From: Thermoprotei archaeon
GTDB taxonomy: Archaea > Thermoproteota > Thermoprotei > QMSL01 > B3-G16
Length of the DNA: 64,000 bases
NCBI GenBank assembly: GCA_021162845.1
Contig: JAGGXX010000056.1
Span: 16,729-80,728 of the forward strand
Direction: 5' to 3'
Shown here: positions 48,314 to 58,543 of the stretch, one piece after another
Layout of the letters: each line of letters begins with the position of its first letter
Numbering within the stretch: position 1 is the first letter of the stretch
Notes under the pieces: model-generated
Database searches by the model: none
The model's input: only the letters and a program-made list of their open reading frames with translations
What the model was told of the DNA's origin: nothing
Made by a program: the position numbers and the translations under genes

Positions 48314-49732
48314 GTGGTCGATCTGTACGTCATGGTCCTCCTTAAAAGCGTACTCTCAATCATCATCATACTCCTCCCCTTATTATTGATATCCATTCTT
48401 AAGTGGAGTGCTTTACGAGCGGGCGCGCTCTTCCTTTTTTGCGTTATGATTAGCGTGAACACGGTATACGGTATGGGGTTAGAGGATGTTCTGAGCGGTT
48501 TCTATGAGGGGACGTTATTGGGCTTAAACATAGCCTATATAGTCGCTTCTGCTCTGACGTTCTTCATGGTCTATGAGGCCCTAGGCTATCTAAGGGCCCT
48601 TAAGGCGTTCTTGGCTCGTGAAAGCTCGAAGAGATATCAACTAGCCCTCCTGCTGACCGTCTTCTTAGGCGGATTCCTAGAGTCTATAGCTGGATTTGGA
48701 ACGCCAGTAGCTGTGATTTCCCCGATCCTAGTCTCAATAGGCTTCGAATGGTCTAAAGCCGTGGTGCTCAGCCTGGTAGGGCACTCATGGGCCGTCTCAT
48801 ACGCAGCCTTCGGTGTACCAACCGCAGCGTTATCGGATGTTACGCAGGTTGATTTCCATAAGTTGTGTGATCACACGGCTGTGTTCTTAGCTGTGGGGCT
48901 TGTGCTCATCTTGCTTTACGAGATCAAGAGCTTGGGTGTTAATAAGATAGGCATTCCCCTATGCATTTACGTACTCATGTCACCGATTTTATTTTCGTTG
49001 CTCACACTCGTCACGGGCGTTTATACACCACTGTTATTATCGCTCTTCATGTTGAGCTCTTCGTTTTTATTCATCCTTGGGAAGGAGACTTTCAAACTAG
49101 TATTAAGAGCCTTGCTCCCGTACTATGCGCTATCGATCTCGCTTCTATTGGCTATGTTATTGAAGAAATCGCTCCTCTATGCGCTCTCGGCTCTCATATT
49201 GCATACAGGAACAATTACATTCCTCTTTACAATCTCATTAATCCTAAGCGCTAAGGGGGCATCTACCATAAATAGCAACATGCTCCTAAGGCTTACCAGT
49301 AATATCATTAAACTTTCCATTACCTTTGTCGTATTAATGGCTGGATCAACTTTAGCCGCTCGCTCAGGAATGATGCGGGATATAGCGAGAGTTCCCTTAT
49401 CCCTTTTAGGGGAACATTATGTATTCCTGGTCCCATTTATAGGGCTATTAGGCACGTATATGACGGGAAGTAACACCGCCTCCAATGTGCTGTTTGGTTC
49501 CCTTCACAGTGAATATGCCCTCCTAAGTGGGGTGAATGTCTACATTATTTTAGCTGCTCATAACGCCGGAGGAGCGTTAGGTAGTGTGATTTCACCAGCT
49601 AAGATCTTAGCTGGTACGCATAGTGTTGAGAGAAGAGGGAAAGAGGGGATGATACTCAGGACGAACCTCAAGATAGCCGCACTCCTGGCATTAGCTATGG
49701 ATGGTATAGCATTACTCTGGATGTTAGGATAA
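48314..49732 (+). CDS. L-lactate/glycolate permease (LctP) family transporter
   Basis: The 472-aa polytopic ORF has GGFLESIAGFGTPVAV and YMTGSNTASNVLFG motifs typical of LctP. Confidence 0.8.
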   Translation: MVDLYVMVLLKSVLSIIIILLPLLLISILKWSALRAGALFLFCVMISVNTVYGMGLEDVLSGFYEGTLLGLNIAYIVASALTFFMVYEALGYLRALKAFLARESSKRYQLALLLTVFLGGFLESIAGFGTPVAVISPILVSIGFEWSKAVVLSLVGHSWAVSYAAFGVPTAALSDVTQVDFHKLCDHTAVFLAVGLVLILLYEIKSLGVNKIGIPLCIYVLMSPILFSLLTLVTGVYTPLLLSLFMLSSSFLFILGKETFKLVLRALLPYYALSISLLLAMLLKKSLLYALSALILHTGTITFLFTISLILSAKGASTINSNMLLRLTSNIIKLSITFVVLMAGSTLAARSGMMRDIARVPLSLLGEHYVFLVPFIGLLGTYMTGSNTASNVLFGSLHSEYALLSGVNVYIILAAHNAGGALGSVISPAKILAGTHSVERRGKEGMILRTNLKIAALLALAMDGIALLWMLG

Positions 49733-49864
49733 AGGGACAACTGCCCCGTTAGCGTAATGCCAACGTTCTACCTCTAAGTGCTTTCTGATGAGGTATCCCT
49801 GCTAGGGGCCTTAGTTTTAAATAACCAAGCAACCTGATTAAAGACTACGTTTTAACAAGATGAG

Positions 49865-51799
49865 GTGACGTGTATGGTTAAAGTGGCCGTGATAGGCTTT
49901 GATGCCCCCATAACTACAACCCTTTGGCGCCTCATCGAGGAAGGCGCTTTACCTAACTTGAAGAGGCTTGCGGAGAACGGTGTTTGGGCTAAGAACTGTA
50001 TGGTTCCTCACCCCACCATAACCCCACCTAACTGGATTACGCTCGCTACTGGAGCATATCCCGGCACTCATGGGATAACGTGCTTCCATCTGCCCAAGAA
50101 GGGCGCTCGTCCTGGCTTACCAGCGGAATGCTATCAGGCCTTCTACTCGGGTGATGTTAAAGCCGAGTTCATCTGGGAGGCTGCCGAGAAGGAGGGGAAG
50201 AAGGTCATAGTAATCAATTATCCAACGACCTGGCCTCCTAGGATGAAGAATGGCATTCAGGTCGGGGGCTTTGGCCTCCACGTAACCGACTGGCGCATGA
50301 CGAGGGATTGTAAGCCCCTTTCAGGATGGCGTTGGCTAATGAACTTAGCGGATCATCAATGCGTGACAACCGAAGACCTCCCACTAGCTGATAGGATATC
50401 CCCTAAGCCTTGTAAAGGATGGAAGTCCTTCCCTGATGGTAGTCTCCTAGAGGCGGAAGTGGAGGTAGGGAAGTATAACACTCTCGATCGCGTTAAACCA
50501 ATTAAGCTTTACTTAGTCATAGATCCCGAGGAGAAGACAGTATCAGGTTTTCTAAGTAAGTTCGATGACAGACCCGTCTTCACTGTTAAGCTCGGGGAAT
50601 GGAGTGAGAGGGCGGAGTTAGTATTTGAGACTGATAGAGGGATGAGGAGGGCTTTCTTTAGGGTTAAGCTCCTAAGCCTCTCGGATGATGGAAGGGACGT
50701 AAAGGTCTACTTCACGACCTTCTGCTCACTTGAGGGTGCCACCTATCCCCCTGAGATAGCAAAGGAGTTAGAGGAGAACATCACTAAGGGGCTACCAATT
50801 AGGGCCATGGAAGACGCTGTTGCTCTTGGGTGGGTAGATTACGAGACGTATTTTGAAATGCTTGACATGGAAAACAAGTGGCTTGGAGAGGCAGCCTATT
50901 ACCTCCTCACAAAGAAGGAGTGGGATATATTCTATATGCACGCTCACGCCCCAGATCATACGTACCACCTGATGCTCAATAGGCTGGATCACGATCCGGA
51001 TCCAGAGATACGTAAGAGGCTCGCGGAACTGGAGAAGGAGATGTACATATCGCTCGATAGGATGGTGGGAAGGATTTTGGAGGCTGTAGGTGACGATACC
51101 GTAGTGGCACTAGTATCCGATCATGGTGCCTGCCCTACGGAACCCGGCTTCAAACGAATTAGCGCGAACGACATACTAGAGCAGGCGGGACTACTGAGGT
51201 ATAAGGATCCAGAATCAAAGGAGATAGACTGGTCGCGGACCAAGGCCTTTCAGGACAGATCCGTATACGTTTGGGTAAACCTCAAGTCGAGATTCCCCGA
51301 TGGCATAGTCGATGATAGTGAATACGAGAAGGTCGTTTGGGAGGTGATAAACGCCTTCCATAATTATCGAGATCCGGTTACAGGCAAATGTCCCTTCGCC
51401 TTCATACTGAGGAAGGAGGAAGCGAAGATGCTGGGTCTCCGCGGTGAGACGATAGGGGACGTGGTCTACGGCTTTTACCCTGAAGCGCCAGGGGAGCATG
51501 GAAGGCAGATAACCTCAGGGGAGTACTCCATAGGTTCTATGAAAGGCCTACTCCTAATCAGCGGACCAGGCGTGAGGAAGGGTGTGGTGCTGGAACGGGT
51601 CGTTAACATAGCTGATGTAGTGCCTACGCTTTGCTACCTAGCCGAGCTACCTGTTCCTAAGGACTGTGAGGGGGCCATAATCTATCAGGCCCTCGAGGAT
51701 AAGGATAAGTACTTAAACGAGCTTAAGTCATTAAGAACGAAGTACAAGAAGCTGGAAGAGACCATTAGGGTCATGCGCTCATTAACGCACACCTACTGA
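49865..51799 (+). CDS. alkaline-phosphatase-superfamily phosphodiesterase/nucleotide pyrophosphatase (NPP)-type enzyme
   Basis: It has VAVIGFDAP (metal Asp), PHPTITPPNWITLATGAYPGTHGI (Thr nucleophile motif) and LVSDHGA. An ATG at 49874 is an alternative start. Confidence 0.75.
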   Translation: MTCMVKVAVIGFDAPITTTLWRLIEEGALPNLKRLAENGVWAKNCMVPHPTITPPNWITLATGAYPGTHGITCFHLPKKGARPGLPAECYQAFYSGDVKAEFIWEAAEKEGKKVIVINYPTTWPPRMKNGIQVGGFGLHVTDWRMTRDCKPLSGWRWLMNLADHQCVTTEDLPLADRISPKPCKGWKSFPDGSLLEAEVEVGKYNTLDRVKPIKLYLVIDPEEKTVSGFLSKFDDRPVFTVKLGEWSERAELVFETDRGMRRAFFRVKLLSLSDDGRDVKVYFTTFCSLEGATYPPEIAKELEENITKGLPIRAMEDAVALGWVDYETYFEMLDMENKWLGEAAYYLLTKKEWDIFYMHAHAPDHTYHLMLNRLDHDPDPEIRKRLAELEKEMYISLDRMVGRILEAVGDDTVVALVSDHGACPTEPGFKRISANDILEQAGLLRYKDPESKEIDWSRTKAFQDRSVYVWVNLKSRFPDGIVDDSEYEKVVWEVINAFHNYRDPVTGKCPFAFILRKEEAKMLGLRGETIGDVVYGFYPEAPGEHGRQITSGEYSIGSMKGLLLISGPGVRKGVVLERVVNIADVVPTLCYLAELPVPKDCEGAIIYQALEDKDKYLNELKSLRTKYKKLEETIRVMRSLTHTY

Positions 51800-51959
51800 C
51801 CTTCATTGCGATGTCACGAATGTTGAGAGGCGAAGACGAGGGCGTCCGCTATGAACCCCTAGCTTTTTAGTAATATTGCCTTTAGCGTAGAGATCCTTCG
51901 CGATAGGTCTCTAATGAATTTATAGTATCTACTTAGCTAGTAATCATGAGGTTATCGCC

Positions 51960-53459
51960 TTGCCTAAGTACGTGCTCTCCCTTGATGAAGGCACGACCAG
52001 TGCTAGATCGATAGTATGGGATTATGAGAGTAACATCCTCGGGATGGGGCAACATGAGTTCGGCCAGATATACCCAAGGCCTGGTTGGGTAGAGCATGAT
52101 CCTGAGGAGATATGGAAAGCCCAGATGAAAGCCGTGAAGGACGCACTTATCATGGCCAGAGTTAAGCCCAAGGATATAGTGGCTATAGGCGTTACGAATC
52201 AGCGCGAAACGACGATAATCTGGGACAAGAGGACCGGGAGGCCCGTTTATAACGCTATCGTATGGCAATGTCGTAGGACCGCCGATATCGTCGATTGGCT
52301 AAAGGCCAATTACTTAGAGGTGATAAGGGCGAAGACGGGTCTTGTGCCAGACTCCTACTTTTCGGGGCCTAAGATACGTTGGCTGCTCGATAATGTGCCC
52401 GGTCTTAGGGAAGGCGCTAAATCAGGGGATCTGCTCTTTGGAACCGTCGATTCATATATCATATGGAAGTTATCGGGTGGTAGGTTACACGTTATCGATT
52501 ACTCTAACGCGTCGAGGACTATGATATTCAACATACATAAGCTGGAGTGGGACGAGGAGCTACTCGAGATACTGAGGATACCTGAAGAAATACTACCAGA
52601 ACCCATGCCCTCAAGTGCTGTTTACGGGTACTCAGATCCTGGGGTCTTCGGTGCTGAGGTGCCGATAGCAGGTGATGCTGGCGATCAACAGGCAGCGCTT
52701 TTCGGTCAAGTGTGCTATGACGTAGGCATGACCAAGTGCACTTACGGCACGGGCAATTTCGTACTTATGAACATAGGGGACAAGCCTGTACTATCGAGAA
52801 AGGGGCTCCTAACGACGGTAGCCTGGGGCTTGAGGGAAGGCGATGTCACATACGCCTTAGAGGGGAGCATATTCATAACCGGCGCCGCGATTCAGTGGCT
52901 TAGGGACGGACTTGGGATAATAAGAACGCCCGCTGAGACCGAGGATATGGCTAAGAGCGTATCCGATACTGGCGGAGTTTATTTCGTACCAGCTTTCGTA
53001 GGCCTTGGTGCCCCATATTGGGATCAGTATGCTAGGGGATTGATAATCGGAGTGACGAGGGGGACGAAACGGGAGCACGTGGTCAGGTCCGTGCTTGAGG
53101 CGATTGCTTATCAGACTAGGGATGTCGTTGAGATCATGGAGGAGGAGACGGGACACAGCATTAGCTCCTTGAGAGTTGATGGCGGTGCTGTGAGAAATGA
53201 CTTCTTGATGCAATTCCAAGCCGATATACTCGGTAAGGACGTAATAAGGCCCGCGGTATTGGAGACTACCGCGTTAGGGGCGGCATACCTCGCTGGTCTC
53301 GCCGTGGATTACTGGAGGAGCCTAGATGAGATAGAAAGATTATGGAGGGCTGAGAGGGTATTCAAGCCGCATATGCCTCCTGAAACTAGGGAAAGGCTTT
53401 ACCGGGGCTGGAGAGCTGCTGTGAGAAGGGCCATGGGTTGGGCTAAGGAGCTGGCCTGA
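51960..53459 (+). CDS. glpK: glycerol kinase
   Basis: The 499-aa ORF has a TTG start. [37 protein letters not shown] and [10 protein letters not shown] are classic GlpK blocks. Confidence 0.95.
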   Translation: MPKYVLSLDEGTTSARSIVWDYESNILGMGQHEFGQIYPRPGWVEHDPEEIWKAQMKAVKDALIMARVKPKDIVAIGVTNQRETTIIWDKRTGRPVYNAIVWQCRRTADIVDWLKANYLEVIRAKTGLVPDSYFSGPKIRWLLDNVPGLREGAKSGDLLFGTVDSYIIWKLSGGRLHVIDYSNASRTMIFNIHKLEWDEELLEILRIPEEILPEPMPSSAVYGYSDPGVFGAEVPIAGDAGDQQAALFGQVCYDVGMTKCTYGTGNFVLMNIGDKPVLSRKGLLTTVAWGLREGDVTYALEGSIFITGAAIQWLRDGLGIIRTPAETEDMAKSVSDTGGVYFVPAFVGLGAPYWDQYARGLIIGVTRGTKREHVVRSVLEAIAYQTRDVVEIMEEETGHSISSLRVDGGAVRNDFLMQFQADILGKDVIRPAVLETTALGAAYLAGLAVDYWRSLDEIERLWRAERVFKPHMPPETRERLYRGWRAAVRRAMGWAKELA

Positions 53460-53466
53460 GAGTCTA

Positions 53467-55068
53467 TTGTCCCAGGAGGTGTTAGTCCTGGAGAGGGTCA
53501 TAATTATAGGTGGGGGTGCGACGGGAGCTGGAATAGCCAGGGACCTAGCATTAAGGGGCCTTAATGTTATTCTCCTTGAGAGGGGTGATCTAGCGTCAGG
53601 GGCGACTGGCAGATGTCATGCGCTCCTTCATAGTGGGGGCAGATATGTCGTCAAGGATCCGGAATCGGCTCGTGAATGCGTTTCGGAGAACGAAATACTA
53701 CGTAGAATAGCCCCCCACATAATAGAGGATACAGGTGGCCTTTTCGTATCGTTACCACATGACCCAGATGATTACCCTGATAAGTTCGCTGAATGCGCCA
53801 AAAAGATAGGTGTCAAGTTACGCGAATTGGACGTCAGTGATGCTTATAGTATTGAGCCTATGCTAAGGAAGGGAATCAAGAGGGCATTTTGGGCCAATGA
53901 CGCTGTCATCGATCCCTTCAGGTTAGTTATACTTAATGTACTCGACGCTGTCAGGCACGGTGCTGAAGTCAGGACGTATACTGAGGTCATCAGTTTTCTG
54001 AGAGAAGGAAATCATGTCATAGGAGTTAAGGTATACGATAGGATCCACGGACAAACCTATGTGATTAAAGCGGATTTCACGGTCATAGCCGCTGGGGCAT
54101 GGTCTGGTATATTGGCTGAAAAGGCCGGGGCTAAGGTACCAGTGACCGCTGATAAGGGTACCCTCCTAGTCATCCCTTATAGGATATTCAATACTGTCAT
54201 CAATAGGTTAAGACCCCCCTCCGATGGGGATATAATCGTGCCCCATCAATTGGCGAACATCATAGGAACGACATCAATCCCCGTCAACGATCCCGATATG
54301 GCTTCCCCCTCAAGAGATGAGGTCGCTAGGATGATGAACGCAGCTGTAGAGCTATCGCCTGCGTTCGCTAGCGTAAGGGTTATAAGGGCTTATGCGGGAT
54401 GCAGGCCTCTCGCGGGTGAGGGGGCTCACGGAAGGGAAGCATCCAGGACTTTTACAATAATTGACCATGAGAAAGAGGGCGAGATCTGGTCACTAATGAC
54501 GATAGTCGGTGGTAAACTCACGACATATAGGCTCATGGCAGAAAGGCTTTCCGAGATGCTTATTTCAAAGTTAGGAATTAGATCACCTTGTGCTACACAC
54601 AAGGAGCCCCTGCCTGGAGCTGATGGTATTAATGTAGAGGAACTCATTAAGAAATATAAGGTTCCAAGCTTAGTGGCTAGGAACATCATGAGGCGTTGGG
54701 GCTCCTTAGCAGTAGATATAGTGAACTCAGCCCGTGTCCCTCTGGATTACGCGGTAACGTGTGCATGTGAGCTCGTATCGCGAGCTGAGGTGAGGTACGC
54801 TATAAGGAACTTTTTCGTGCGTAAACCGGTCGATCTAATCAGGCGAGTTGGAGTCTGCATGGGTCCTTGTCAAGGGCTTAGCTGTATCCTACCACTTCTA
54901 TCGGAATACGTCAAGGAGAAGCCCGATATAGACGTCTTAGATGAGCTTCGGGAGCTCGTAAAAGAACGATGGAAGGGATCTGCTCCTGTACTTAAAGCTG
55001 CTCAGCTGAGGCAATGGCTCCTCACGTATACGTTATTCTATAGTGCGTTTAGGAGGAGAACTAAATGA
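53467..55068 (+). CDS. glpA: anaerobic-type glycerol-3-phosphate dehydrogenase subunit A
   Basis: It has VIIIGGGATGAGIARDLALRG and SGATGRCHALLHSGGRY. The C-terminus has a BFD-like Cys motif (CACE...GPCQGLSC). Confidence 0.9.
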   Translation: MSQEVLVLERVIIIGGGATGAGIARDLALRGLNVILLERGDLASGATGRCHALLHSGGRYVVKDPESARECVSENEILRRIAPHIIEDTGGLFVSLPHDPDDYPDKFAECAKKIGVKLRELDVSDAYSIEPMLRKGIKRAFWANDAVIDPFRLVILNVLDAVRHGAEVRTYTEVISFLREGNHVIGVKVYDRIHGQTYVIKADFTVIAAGAWSGILAEKAGAKVPVTADKGTLLVIPYRIFNTVINRLRPPSDGDIIVPHQLANIIGTTSIPVNDPDMASPSRDEVARMMNAAVELSPAFASVRVIRAYAGCRPLAGEGAHGREASRTFTIIDHEKEGEIWSLMTIVGGKLTTYRLMAERLSEMLISKLGIRSPCATHKEPLPGADGINVEELIKKYKVPSLVARNIMRRWGSLAVDIVNSARVPLDYAVTCACELVSRAEVRYAIRNFFVRKPVDLIRRVGVCMGPCQGLSCILPLLSEYVKEKPDIDVLDELRELVKERWKGSAPVLKAAQLRQWLLTYTLFYSAFRRRTK

Positions 55069-56330
55069 AGGCAGACGTTGTAGTCATCGGTGGGGGCATA
55101 GCGGGGCGGATGGTCGCTACGCTTCTAGCTAAGAAAGGATTGACAGTCATTCTGGTGACGAGAGGCCTTGGCGCGACCGCTCTTTCATCAGGATCCTTTG
55201 ATATATTAGGGTTCATAGACGGCAGGCTCGTAAGGGATCCCTTAGAGGCGCTAAATCGCGTTGCCACAAACTCTCCAGAACATGTATATGCTCTGCTTGG
55301 AAGAGGTCGTGAGGCCTGTCGAATCATGTGTAAGTCCTTAGGATTATTTAAAGATATGATTGCTCGATACCTTAAGATAGAGGGCACATTCGATAAAAAC
55401 ATGATCTTACCTACGGTCATCGGTACCTTAAAGCCCTGCGCTTATGCCCAAGAGACCATGAAGTCTGGTGATGTCAACTCCTTTAATGGCGAGCATTTGC
55501 TCATCATAACATTAAAGAATTTGGTATTCCACGAGGGCTCGGAGCTTTTCGAAAGGATTCTAGTTAGCGGCCTCACGCCGGGTAAGGTAGAGAGGATATC
55601 CCATGTCTCCATTAAAGCTAGCGGTCCATCATTAACATGTTCCCCGCTTACATTAGCTAAAGCCCTTGATAAGGAAAAAGCAGCCAACAGATTCGCGAAC
55701 GAGATCTCGAAGATATTAGCATCGATACCTGGCGTCACTAGAATCGCGATACCACCTGTTTTAGGGGTAGATAACGTTCACGTCGTCTATGAGATCTTAA
55801 GGGAGAACGTGAGCTTACCTGTATTTGAGCTATTATCCTCAGTCCCCTCGGTACCCGGTATTAGGCTATGTCGCGCACTCGAACGCATGTCCAGGGGCGC
55901 AGGAGTTAAGATCATGACGGGCTGGGAAGCGATGAAGGCGCATGTCGAAGGTAATGTGGTAAGAGAACTTTCAGTACGGCACGAGTTGAGCGGTTCAATT
56001 GAAAGGATCGCGGGTGAAGACTTCGTCATCGCATATGGTCACATCCTTGGAGGCCTACAAGTCCTGGATGATTCAGTCTATGAGCCATTATTGGGAATGA
56101 CCTTAGGCTCTATCACGATTTTCACTGAACCCTTCAAAACGCTGAGTTTTGCCTTAAAGATCGGGATCAAAGTTGATGATGATATGAGGGTTCTTATAGG
56201 GGGAGAGCCCATAGGAAACCTCTACGCCTGTGGTGCTGCCTTGGGAGGTGTTGATCCGGCCAGAGAGGGTATTGGGATGGGGCTAGCGCTGAGCACGGCA
56301 TATAAGGTGTTTACAAGCCTAACGTCTTAG
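55065..56330 (+). CDS. glpB: glycerol-3-phosphate dehydrogenase subunit B
   Basis: It has ADVVVIGGGIAGRMVATLLAKKG, a 4-nt overlap with glpA, and lies between glpA and glpC. Confidence 0.8.
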   Translation: MKADVVVIGGGIAGRMVATLLAKKGLTVILVTRGLGATALSSGSFDILGFIDGRLVRDPLEALNRVATNSPEHVYALLGRGREACRIMCKSLGLFKDMIARYLKIEGTFDKNMILPTVIGTLKPCAYAQETMKSGDVNSFNGEHLLIITLKNLVFHEGSELFERILVSGLTPGKVERISHVSIKASGPSLTCSPLTLAKALDKEKAANRFANEISKILASIPGVTRIAIPPVLGVDNVHVVYEILRENVSLPVFELLSSVPSVPGIRLCRALERMSRGAGVKIMTGWEAMKAHVEGNVVRELSVRHELSGSIERIAGEDFVIAYGHILGGLQVLDDSVYEPLLGMTLGSITIFTEPFKTLSFALKIGIKVDDDMRVLIGGEPIGNLYACGAALGGVDPAREGIGMGLALSTAYKVFTSLTS

Positions 56331-56331
56331 G

Positions 56332-57447
56332 GTGATACTCGTGTATAATGACTTGATCAAAGAGGTGGATCCCTGTATACGATGTGGTAATTGTTTCATG
56401 ATATGCCCAGTTGTAGACCTCCTCCCACCATCACTTAAAGCGCTCAACCTCCTCCCGTTGAACCTCAGCAGATACATCGACTTCATAAAGCTATCGCCAG
56501 ACCTCCCATATTATTGTACGCAATGTGGTGAATGCGTCCTATACTGCCCACTGAGCATTATGACGCCTAGGGTGTTCCTACTTCTAAGGGAGTTCAGCAA
56601 GGGTCAGGCACTTCCATCTAAGATAAGAGATGCTATACTCAATACCGGTAATATATACGGTATGCCCAATGAAATGAGAGTGGATTGGGTTACGTATGCA
56701 GGTCTCTCAGGCAAGGTTCCAGTTGGCGTTAAGGCAGATGTTGCGTACTTCCTTGGTTGCATGACTTCCTTCAGGGCTAGGCTCCAGAAGGTGGCTAAAG
56801 CTTGTGCTATCCTTCTTAATAAGGTCGGGGAAAGCTGGACGATATTAGGCCCTGAGGAGCACTGTTGTGGACTACCATTGCTGTTTGCAGGCTACGTAGA
56901 TGCGTTCAAGGAGATCGCCAACAGGAACGTTGGAGCACTAGAGCACTTAGGGATCGAAGAAGTCGTGTTCACATGTGCTGGTTGTTATAGGGTATTTAAA
57001 TACGAATATGAAAGACGGGGCGTTAAACCGCCTTTCAAAGTGCTTCATGTGATAGAGTATATCGCGGATCTGATGAAGGAGGGCAAGCTACGGTTACGGC
57101 GAGGAAAATCGAAGCTTAACATCACATGGCATGATCCCTGTGAGCTAAGCAGATATTGTGGCCTTGTAGATGAACCCAGATTCATCCTGAAAGCGCTGAC
57201 GGACAATCTAGTTGAGATGAGTGACTCCCGTGAATGGAGTAAGTGCTGTGGTGGAGGAGGACTACTGAGGGCTGTTCATACGGAACTATCTTCTAGCATG
57301 GCTAAACGTCGTGTGGAACAAGCCCTAGAGGTACATGCTGATATCATAGCTACCGCATGCCCCTCATGCATTTTAACCCTCGAAGAAGGAGCTAAAGGAA
57401 TCATCAAAGTCAAGGACATAGTCGAGCTCGTAGCAGAGGCTTTTTGA
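56332..57447 (+). CDS. glpC: glycerol-3-phosphate dehydrogenase subunit C (Fe-S / CCG-domain protein)
   Basis: Two ferredoxin motifs are present: CIRCGNCFMICP and CTQCGECVLYCP. Two CCG-type Cys-rich domains are present (EHCCG, SKCCGGGG). Confidence 0.85.
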   Translation: MILVYNDLIKEVDPCIRCGNCFMICPVVDLLPPSLKALNLLPLNLSRYIDFIKLSPDLPYYCTQCGECVLYCPLSIMTPRVFLLLREFSKGQALPSKIRDAILNTGNIYGMPNEMRVDWVTYAGLSGKVPVGVKADVAYFLGCMTSFRARLQKVAKACAILLNKVGESWTILGPEEHCCGLPLLFAGYVDAFKEIANRNVGALEHLGIEEVVFTCAGCYRVFKYEYERRGVKPPFKVLHVIEYIADLMKEGKLRLRRGKSKLNITWHDPCELSRYCGLVDEPRFILKALTDNLVEMSDSREWSKCCGGGGLLRAVHTELSSSMAKRRVEQALEVHADIIATACPSCILTLEEGAKGIIKVKDIVELVAEAF

Positions 57448-57495
57448 ATGAGTCCTAGCGCTCACGCCCACTAAAGGTGTTAGGCTCGTACAAGA

Positions 57496-57729
57496 CTACA
57501 CGACGGTTGGGACATTAGCTTTTCTGAGGAGCTCCCTAAAATCCTCCAATTCCATTAAGGCCATACGTGCAGCTCCACGTATATCCCCTACTTCGATGTA
57601 GTATTTTAAAGCAGCCCTAATCCTCGCGGGCTGCTTCTTGATGAATTCCCAGTCTGCTTCTCTTCTTCTTATCTCTCTAGCTTCAGCCTCGAGCTTACGC
57701 CACTTCTTAAGCTTATCTTCCAAGCTCAT
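57496..57729 (-). CDS. UPF0175-family antitoxin-like protein (copy 1, downstream of the PIN gene)
   Basis: The 77-aa ORF has ALKYYIEVGDIRGAARMALMELEDFRELLRKANVP, which fits the UPF0175 HTH pattern. Its start overlaps the PIN 3' end by 17 nt. Confidence 0.7.
   Translation of the reverse strand: MSLEDKLKKWRKLEAEAREIRRREADWEFIKKQPARIRAALKYYIEVGDIRGAARMALMELEDFRELLRKANVPTVV
57641..57707. repeat. 67-bp perfect repeat, copy 1 (inside antitoxin copy 1)
   Basis: It is identical base for base to 58404-58470. It encodes KWRKLEAEAREIRRREADWEFI. Confidence 0.97.
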
Positions 57730-58255
57730 TTAATATGGCCTCCAAGTCTCTTCTCGGGAACCTATGATGGGTCTCGTCCTCGTATTCTTTAAATATTACC
57801 CTCGGGTTGGAGGTCTTTATGATATCTCTTCGAAGGGCCTCGGCTATTACCTCTAAGGCCCTCCAGACCTTCACGCCCCTTAACTCCTCTAATAGGTCTA
57901 CAGCCATCAGTGCTCCTCTATTTTCCGTGAGGACTAGATAACCTCGGAGCTTGCCTGTCGCAAGGCATACCGCTTCAGGCAGGTCCACGCCTCGTAAACC
58001 AGGTATCATCCTACTCCTTTCAACGAGGCTCCTAGCTATGTCCAATATGTCTGGGGTCTCGGTGAAGAGCGCTAATGATCCTCTTGTAAGCATGTCGGTG
58101 ATCCACTCTAGGGTCCTCTCACTCCTTACTTCCCTAAGGACCAGCTCCGGGGTGAATACCACCTTGAAGAGATCAAATATTACATCTCTTCGCTTCCAGA
58201 GGGCCCAGTCTATGAGGAAACATGTATCAGCTATGGCATATTCCATATGGCTCAC
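57713..58255 (-). CDS. PIN-like (DUF3368-type) nucleic-acid-binding toxin candidate
   Basis: The 180-aa ORF has YAIADTCFLIDWALWKRRDVIFDLFKVVFTPELVLREV, the pattern of the PIN-like partner of UPF0175 proteins. Confidence 0.7.
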   Translation of the reverse strand: MSHMEYAIADTCFLIDWALWKRRDVIFDLFKVVFTPELVLREVRSERTLEWITDMLTRGSLALFTETPDILDIARSLVERSRMIPGLRGVDLPEAVCLATGKLRGYLVLTENRGALMAVDLLEELRGVKVWRALEVIAEALRRDIIKTSNPRVIFKEYEDETHHRFPRRDLEAILNELGR

Positions 58256-58258
58256 GCG

Positions 58259-58501
58259 TTAAGCGACATTGGGTATACGGGCCTTAATCCTGAGCTCGTT
58301 AAACTCCTCTATCGTCAGGTTTGCTATCCTTGAGGCTACATAAAGGTCGCCTGTTCGGACGTAGAATTCCAGGGCAAGCCTTAGCCTAGGCGGTTGACTT
58401 TTAATGAATTCCCAGTCTGCTTCTCTTCTTCTTATCTCTCTAGCTTCAGCCTCGAGCTTACGCCACTTCTCCGTCATGCTCCTTAGCCTCATCGAGGCCA
58501 A
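58259..58501 (-). CDS. UPF0175-family antitoxin-like protein (copy 2, upstream of the PIN gene)
   Basis: The 80-aa ORF has the same N-terminal 22 residues as copy 1, then the diverged LALEFYVRTGDLYVASRIANLTIEEFNELRIKARIP. Its stop lies 3 nt before the PIN start. Confidence 0.7.
   Translation of the reverse strand: MASMRLRSMTEKWRKLEAEAREIRRREADWEFIKSQPPRLRLALEFYVRTGDLYVASRIANLTIEEFNELRIKARIPNVA
58404..58470. repeat. 67-bp perfect repeat, copy 2 (inside antitoxin copy 2)
   Basis: It is identical to 57641-57707. Identity drops to roughly half within about 10 nt on either side. Confidence 0.97.
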
Positions 58502-58543
58502 TAATATCCTCCTCTTTTCACTGAATTATAACCTTCGTTGTCC

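Noticed and set aside
51871-51959. An imperfect palindrome (AGAGATCC...GGTCTCT) upstream of glpK, considered as a possible operator.
   Set aside because: The arms match only with an indel, and I cannot distinguish it from chance. The TATA-like AATTTATAG about 30 nt before the TTG start is the only promoter element I would accept there.
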